Virus record (IMG/VR): IMGVR_UViG_3300030491_000004
Span: 2,786 to 66,785 of that record
Source: a virus
DNA: 64,000 nucleotides
Strand: one strand, 5' to 3'
Shown: in pieces, positions 58,678 through 64,000 of the stretch
Layout: the number at the start of each line of letters is the position of its first letter
How positions within the stretch are numbered: position 1 is the stretch's first letter
Translations under genes and position numbers: made by a program
The notes under the pieces: generated by a model
Told to the model about the DNA's origin: nothing
Databases searched by the model: none
What the model saw: only the letters and a program-made list of their open reading frames with translations

Positions 58678-58973
58678 GCTTCTCGTACATTATCTTTAAA
58701 TAACTGATAAGCTTTTGGCATCATATGGTTTTTCGCGCAATACTGCATCCAGCGACCATTTCTGTTTGTGAATTCATCCCTCACTTCTTGATCTGAGGGT
58801 TTGTTTTTTTGACCTAAGAAGTCGTAAAAACCAGTTAATAATCTGGTAAGAGTACTTGAAAACTCTTCTTTTTTACGATTCTCAATTCTTCTTTGTTTTC
58901 GTGTTTTTGGAAGGTCTGCTTCCTGTGTAGGAATAGGTCTTTCTCTAAAATCACGTCTTTGTAAGTATTCCAT
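58647..58973 (-). CDS. Hypothetical protein
   Basis: ORF track. Confidence 0.7.
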   Translation of the reverse strand: MEYLQRRDFRERPIPTQEADLPKTRKQRRIENRKKEEFSSTLTRLLTGFYDFLGQKNKPSDQEVRDEFTNRNGRWMQYCAKNHMMPKAYQLFKDNVREAWYHEKKAEK

Positions 58974-58974
58974 G

Positions 58975-59475
58975 CTATTCTAATTTATAGATTCTTTTGT
59001 AATACATAAAAATATGTGTTGCATCTGCCATATTATCATCGTTTCCTGGATCAATATGCCACCTTGTTCGGCAATAATCCATCATCATTTGTTTATCTGC
59101 GTGGCCATCTCCAGTAGCCCATTTTTTTACAGATACAACATTTACAAACGCTGGATGAGGCATACCAAGTTCTGCACATACAAGAAAAAGAATGCCCCTA
59201 AATTCACATAACTTTCTCATGTCTATAAAATGATTGTTTACATTTACATCTTCTGCAACTATCATCTTTATATTGTTCAGTGTGCAATAACTTTTTAACT
59301 TGTTGTAAAAACTTAAGTGGCAGCTTTCTTCATGTATACCTTTTTTAGAAAAGTCCCAAGTTCCAGCAGAATGTTTAGAGTAATACCCACAATGAGTGGC
59401 TATATCTAATGACAATAAATTATCACCAGTTATTCCAAGGTCGTTGTATGGTATTTTTTCTTCAATTTTCTTCAT
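58975..59475 (-). CDS. RuvC-like Holliday junction resolvase
   Basis: LSLD, VAED, VKKWATGDGHADK, DNMADA. Confidence 0.85.
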   Translation of the reverse strand: MKKIEEKIPYNDLGITGDNLLSLDIATHCGYYSKHSAGTWDFSKKGIHEESCHLSFYNKLKSYCTLNNIKMIVAEDVNVNNHFIDMRKLCEFRGILFLVCAELGMPHPAFVNVVSVKKWATGDGHADKQMMMDYCRTRWHIDPGNDDNMADATHIFMYYKRIYKLE

Positions 59476-61796
59476 TATTCTTCAATTTTTGAAATTCCAT
59501 TTGTTTTTCTTATCATGGTCCGATAAGGATAATTTTCAGCTATATCCATCTGAGAGATCATTAATACAGTTATTCCTAGAGTATCTGTTGCAACTGCCAT
59601 TGATTCTATGCCGGATTCATCTGAAACCCCTAATATATCGTCTACAATCAACAAATCAAGCCCCTTATCGGTATCACAATTCTCATTAGTTAATTGATGC
59701 ATAGCTAGTATATTAGCCATATTAACTCTTACTTTTTCACCTTCTGAGAACTTTCCAAAAGATCCACAATCAACCCCATCTCTAAGCAATGAAATAGAAA
59801 TCTTATCTCTTATTTTTCCAGACTTAAGGACCGTGTACCCGGAAAAACTGATTCGTATATCACTACCAATCTTTTCTAAAAACTTATTGGTAATATCTGA
59901 AAGAGAGTCAATCTTTTTATTCGCTAAATAAGTTTTAAAGTCAACGTATAAGGCTTCTTGTGCCTTAAATCCTTCAACTTTTTCAGCTACTTCCTCTTGA
60001 TTTTTAACTATATTAGAATAATCTTTTTTGTATTGTTCCAGAGATTTTTTTAAACCACCAAGAGTAGTACTATCTACCACTGGTTTATTTAAATTTTCAA
60101 TAGCCTCCTCATATGAAGCTATACTTCCTTCGCAAACTGAAATATTACTCTTGCAAGTTTTATTCTTAGCTTCATAAAAACTAGTTGCATCATCCACTAT
60201 TTGATAGGCCTCATCGAACATTTTACCACGGATTCCAGATATGAAAGAATTTATACTTTCTATATTTGAATTAATAGTATCAAGCTCGCGTGACAAAGAT
60301 AAGTAATTATTGTTTAAATTGGATACATTGGTGGATAATTCTGTGATTTTGTTTGCTAAAGAGTTTTTTTCATTTAAAAGAGCTGCCTTTGAAGCTTCCG
60401 TTTCTTGAACGGAAGAATTAGCTTTTTCAATATTAGTTTTGCTTTTACTAATCTGTGAATCAATAAGTTCTACTTCTTTTTTATAACTTTCAAGATTCAA
60501 TTTTTCTTCTTCAACATCTACATTATCATTCAATACAAACTCATGCTTACACTTCGGGCACACAATAACTCCGGCCAAAACATTGATAGCCGAAGCCACT
60601 TTACTTTCAGATACTCTTTTCTTTGCTTCATAATCACTCTTTTCTTTATTTAGTGCAGTTATTTTATTATTTATCTCATAGAGCTTTTCAGCAACCTTCC
60701 CAAGTTTCTGAGGAAAATCTTCTTTATATTTTTCATAATTAGAAACAAGATTCTCGTAATCTTTTTTAGCTCTACTCAATTCTGAATTTTTACCGGAAGT
60801 GTTTATTGATTGAACATCTAATTTTACCTTCAATACAGTGAGTTCGCATTGTTTTGAAGAAATTTCAGATAAGTAGTCTTTTATCTCATTGATCTTTGCA
60901 GTTTTAAGTGCTTCATTTATCTTATGGAACACCTCCTCAGTTTTAAGCTCTGAATTATCTTCAAGCTTCTCTAACTCTTCCTCGGCAATGTCTATACCAC
61001 CAAGAAGATTTTCATTAAAGGATATGTTATCTTTATTCAGCCTTATACTACCTCTTTCATCGGATATTTTAGTTTTTAATTCTAAAATTTTTGACGGCTT
61101 GTTAGAAAACGCAATTTTTTCGTTCTCTTCAGCAAGTGATATTTGTTCCTCAATAGCTGAAACCTTTCCTGAATATTTTGAAGTTTTCTCTTCGGCTTCA
61201 TGTAACATATCAACAACTGGATCCATATCTACATGAAGAAGTTCAATAGCTTCATCAATTTTGTTTCCATTACTGAAATTATTGATAATGTCTTTTTTAC
61301 CACTATCTGAAGCCTTTAAAAAACTCTTGAATTTGTTTTGAGATAAGATGTAGTTATGGAATATATCATCCTTGGTAAGTCCGAGTGTGTCTAATATAAA
61401 TTTATTATATTCATCAACACTAGATTTAATTATTGGCTCTGGGTCGTTTCCTTCATTCCCAATATAACACTTAACAACGGAAGACTTCTTTCTTTCAAAA
61501 AATCTCTCAATAACAAGAATTTGGTTTATAGAAGGATTTTCATATTCTAAACGAACAGTTGCATCATTAAAACTGTCATTAATTATTTCTTCAGCATTAG
61601 CATCTCTTAGGATCTCTCCAGTGGTTCCTACTGAAATACATTCTATAAGAGCCGATTTACCAGATCCATTTGACTTCTGAGAGTCGTTATCATCATTGTG
61701 ACCGAATATCAATGTACAGTGACCTTGATTGATATAATATTCCAGTTTTTTAAACGCGCATACATTTTCTGCGCTTACTTTTCGTAATCCCCACAT
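59475..61796 (-). CDS. sbcC: SbcC/Rad50-like ATPase
   Basis: NGSGKS, coiled coils, CPKC zinc hook, FSEGE signature, LLIVDD. Confidence 0.9.
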   Translation of the reverse strand: MWGLRKVSAENVCAFKKLEYYINQGHCTLIFGHNDDNDSQKSNGSGKSALIECISVGTTGEILRDANAEEIINDSFNDATVRLEYENPSINQILVIERFFERKKSSVVKCYIGNEGNDPEPIIKSSVDEYNKFILDTLGLTKDDIFHNYILSQNKFKSFLKASDSGKKDIINNFSNGNKIDEAIELLHVDMDPVVDMLHEAEEKTSKYSGKVSAIEEQISLAEENEKIAFSNKPSKILELKTKISDERGSIRLNKDNISFNENLLGGIDIAEEELEKLEDNSELKTEEVFHKINEALKTAKINEIKDYLSEISSKQCELTVLKVKLDVQSINTSGKNSELSRAKKDYENLVSNYEKYKEDFPQKLGKVAEKLYEINNKITALNKEKSDYEAKKRVSESKVASAINVLAGVIVCPKCKHEFVLNDNVDVEEEKLNLESYKKEVELIDSQISKSKTNIEKANSSVQETEASKAALLNEKNSLANKITELSTNVSNLNNNYLSLSRELDTINSNIESINSFISGIRGKMFDEAYQIVDDATSFYEAKNKTCKSNISVCEGSIASYEEAIENLNKPVVDSTTLGGLKKSLEQYKKDYSNIVKNQEEVAEKVEGFKAQEALYVDFKTYLANKKIDSLSDITNKFLEKIGSDIRISFSGYTVLKSGKIRDKISISLLRDGVDCGSFGKFSEGEKVRVNMANILAMHQLTNENCDTDKGLDLLIVDDILGVSDESGIESMAVATDTLGITVLMISQMDIAENYPYRTMIRKTNGISKIEE

Positions 61797-61798
61797 TG

Positions 61799-62842
61799 TT
61801 ATATAGCTTTAATTTGATCAATATATTTGATTCCAAAATCAATATCCTTAATGGATTTATCAGAACAGAACTTTACATATTCTTTTTTAATACCGTCTCT
61901 ATCAAATTTAAATCCCATATCCAAAGATTTGATCTCAGCCTTTCTGGAAGCCGTAATGATTTCTACCTTGGAAGCTCCAGCATCAATAATCTTTTGTTTA
62001 TCAATCGCAAGTACCTCATTATCGCTACAGTTAACACGAATACGAGTTTTGTATTTCCCAGAAGCATTGTATTCTCCAAGTAAATCGAACAACTTACCAT
62101 TAATTTGATCAGATTCAACTTCAATAGTCTGGTACCTGGTATTCACTTCATTTTTGATAAATTTTTGAGACCCATCTTCATATACTATCGTGTACCCCTT
62201 TTCTTCGTCTTCTCCAAAAGAATGTTGACGAGAAGCCCCAATATACTGAACATTTGTATTGGGAATCTTTTTGCGATCATGATAATGGCCCACAAGAACA
62301 TATTTGAAGTCTTTAACTACTTCTGCTGGCAACTCATGTGGTGCCGGTGTAATTAACCCTCCAGCTACTCCTTCATGAATATAAAGTATATCTGATCCAG
62401 CATTATGTTCTTTCCCTTCAGATTCCAATAATTCAGCAATCCTATCAGGGAAGCTTCCATTTTCTGGAAAGTAACTCATTACATAAAAATTGAATTGAGG
62501 ATATTCTAGTAGCATCCAATCATCAACAACATCAACATCTTGATATTCACTAAATAAATGGCTATACCCTATAACCGATTCTAAGTCCTCTTTACAATGA
62601 TTACCTTCTGCAATGGTAAGATGTATTCCCTTTTTTGTAGTGTTTAAAATACACGTCCTTACAGCCATTAAAACACCTAAGGATTGCCCAGCGCGAGATG
62701 TCCATATATCTCCGCCAATAACTAGATCTAAAATTTTATGTTCTTCGCATATATCCAATGCTTCATTCCAATTCTTGACAAAATCACTTATTTTATCAGT
62801 TGAAATGTGCATATCATTCATTAAAAGTATTTTTGCTTCCAT
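61799..62842 (-). CDS. sbcD: SbcD/Mre11-like nuclease
   Basis: DMH, GGD, GNH, GHYH motifs. Confidence 0.88.
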   Translation of the reverse strand: MEAKILLMNDMHISTDKISDFVKNWNEALDICEEHKILDLVIGGDIWTSRAGQSLGVLMAVRTCILNTTKKGIHLTIAEGNHCKEDLESVIGYSHLFSEYQDVDVVDDWMLLEYPQFNFYVMSYFPENGSFPDRIAELLESEGKEHNAGSDILYIHEGVAGGLITPAPHELPAEVVKDFKYVLVGHYHDRKKIPNTNVQYIGASRQHSFGEDEEKGYTIVYEDGSQKFIKNEVNTRYQTIEVESDQINGKLFDLLGEYNASGKYKTRIRVNCSDNEVLAIDKQKIIDAGASKVEIITASRKAEIKSLDMGFKFDRDGIKKEYVKFCSDKSIKDIDFGIKYIDQIKAI

Positions 62843-62859
62843 ATTTTTTGGTTAAAAAA

Positions 62860-62886
62860 TGGGGTACAGAACATTCCATACCCCAA
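62860..62886 (-). terminator. Terminator-like hairpin
   Basis: TGGGGTA/TACCCCA stem with an A run on its left (T tract on - strand). Confidence 0.55.
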
Positions 62887-62906
62887 ATAAATAACAATCT
62901 CTATAA

Positions 62907-63998
62907 TTAACGTGGTCTTCTTGCGCGTCTTCTTTCAGATGGAACTTCGTGAGTTTCAGAAGCTGTTGCTGCTGGAGCATCATCTGACTCCTCATCGGCT
63001 ACCTTTTCTTGTACTGGAGCTTCTCTTCTAGCTCTACGGTCTCTTACTGATTGTCTCTCAGTGTCTTCACCTTCGTCTTTTTTGTCCTCAACTTTAGGAG
63101 GATCCTCAACCTTAGGCTCTTCTTTTGGAACTTCTTTTTTTACTGGAGGCTCTTTTGCTGGAATGACGTCTTTATCACTCGGCTTGTCTCCATCATCACC
63201 GTTTATTTCGGCAAGTTCATCGTCAATCGCTAACAGCAATTCTTTGTTAGACTTTCCTCTTGTTCTGGTAGTGAGCTTGTTGTCTTCGATGAAGTCCATA
63301 ATGTCTTCACGGAATTTTAATCCCTCTTCAGATTTGTCACTAATCTCGTTTTTGACAAGATCGTCATACGAGTCCCACAAATCATCAATTGTCATTGCAT
63401 CACTGGCATCGCCCCCACCTTCAGTATCTTTCTTATCGGTTGAAAAATGAGACTTATCATCTGCCGGAAGTTCCAGGCTGATTTTCTCAATAACTTCCTT
63501 TATTTCAGGAGAACTCATAACGTCAATGTTGAGTTTTTCTTCAAACTGCTTCAAGAAAGTTATTGTAGCTTCCAAATGAAATCTTGTATAACGATAAATC
63601 ACATCTGGGATACGTGGCATCTTAAGCAATGAACTCAATTGATCCTGAGTAATTTCTGTAATATCGCGATCAATATCGAACAAGTATTTTGTCTTTTTGT
63701 TTTCTGTCTTCTTGGTTATTAAGACACAATTTGCCTGTATTGAAGAAATAGGGCATGGGGAGATGTTTCTATCCTTTTTAAGATTCTTCTCCCAAAGTTT
63801 GATTTTTCTTTCTTCAAGCTCTTTGTATTGAGAATAAGAAAGTTCAAGTAGTTCCCAGCCATCTTTCAAGTTGTCCATATCGAGAACATACATTACGCGC
63901 TGAGAATCCCACTTAAGACCTCCATCATATCCGGACCCTTCGATCTTCTTAATAACGGCTTGATCATTTGCATATTTTGAAGAAGCAACTGAAACAAA
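62907..63998 (-). CDS. Hypothetical protein with long acidic tail, possibly ssDNA-binding (5' truncated by window)
   Basis: Frame stays open to the window edge; sits in the recombination block. Confidence 0.55.
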   Translation of the reverse strand, partial: FVSVASSKYANDQAVIKKIEGSGYDGGLKWDSQRVMYVLDMDNLKDGWELLELSYSQYKELEERKIKLWEKNLKKDRNISPCPISSIQANCVLITKKTENKKTKYLFDIDRDITEITQDQLSSLLKMPRIPDVIYRYTRFHLEATITFLKQFEEKLNIDVMSSPEIKEVIEKISLELPADDKSHFSTDKKDTEGGGDASDAMTIDDLWDSYDDLVKNEISDKSEEGLKFREDIMDFIEDNKLTTRTRGKSNKELLLAIDDELAEINGDDGDKPSDKDVIPAKEPPVKKEVPKEEPKVEDPPKVEDKKDEGEDTERQSVRDRRARREAPVQEKVADEESDDAPAATASETHEVPSERRRARRPR

Positions 63999-64000
63999 CG

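Noticed and set aside
43664-63632. Plus-strand ORFs inside the minus-strand block, and minus-strand ORFs inside 3-43 kb
   Set aside because: They are antisense shadows of well-supported genes or of RNA genes.
1-64000. Stop-codon reassignment (as in some gut phages)
   Set aside because: Conserved genes are full length in the standard code, TAG, TGA and TAA all end genes at tight junctions, and there is no clear suppressor tRNA.
1-64000. CRISPR array, integrase or transposase
   Set aside because: No regularly spaced repeats and no recombinase or transposase motifs were seen.

Overview
This is an AT-rich, gene-dense 64-kb piece of a large tailed dsDNA phage, read with the standard genetic code. 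Bacteroidota-type promoters (TTTG-N19-TAnnTTTG) and A-rich, SD-less translation starts point to a Bacteroidota host. About 1-3.2 kb is mostly non-coding and probably contains the genome end or early leader. About 3.2-43 kb is one + strand block of roughly 95 small accessory ORFs (RNase H, C5 methyltransferase, YopX, DUF4406, muramidase endolysin, Tad2/DUF2829-like proteins) with an RNA-rich region at 22-28 kb. After a bidirectional terminator at 43.15 kb comes a - strand packaging/replication block: connector, TerL, TerS, DEDDh exonuclease, guanylate kinase, two-gene DnaE, Pif1-like helicase, primase, DnaB-like helicase, sigma factor, RuvC-like nuclease and SbcCD. Three observations stand out. 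(1) A circularly permuted two-piece tmRNA sits between tRNA genes. (2) Five tRNA-shaped RNAs keep acceptor and T arms but have altered or replaced anticodon arms, one carrying a 180-nt structured insert. (3) DNA polymerase III alpha is split next to its catalytic motif, and each half carries a fragment of an apparently non-catalytic intein-like domain. All calls come from reading by eye, with no database searches run.
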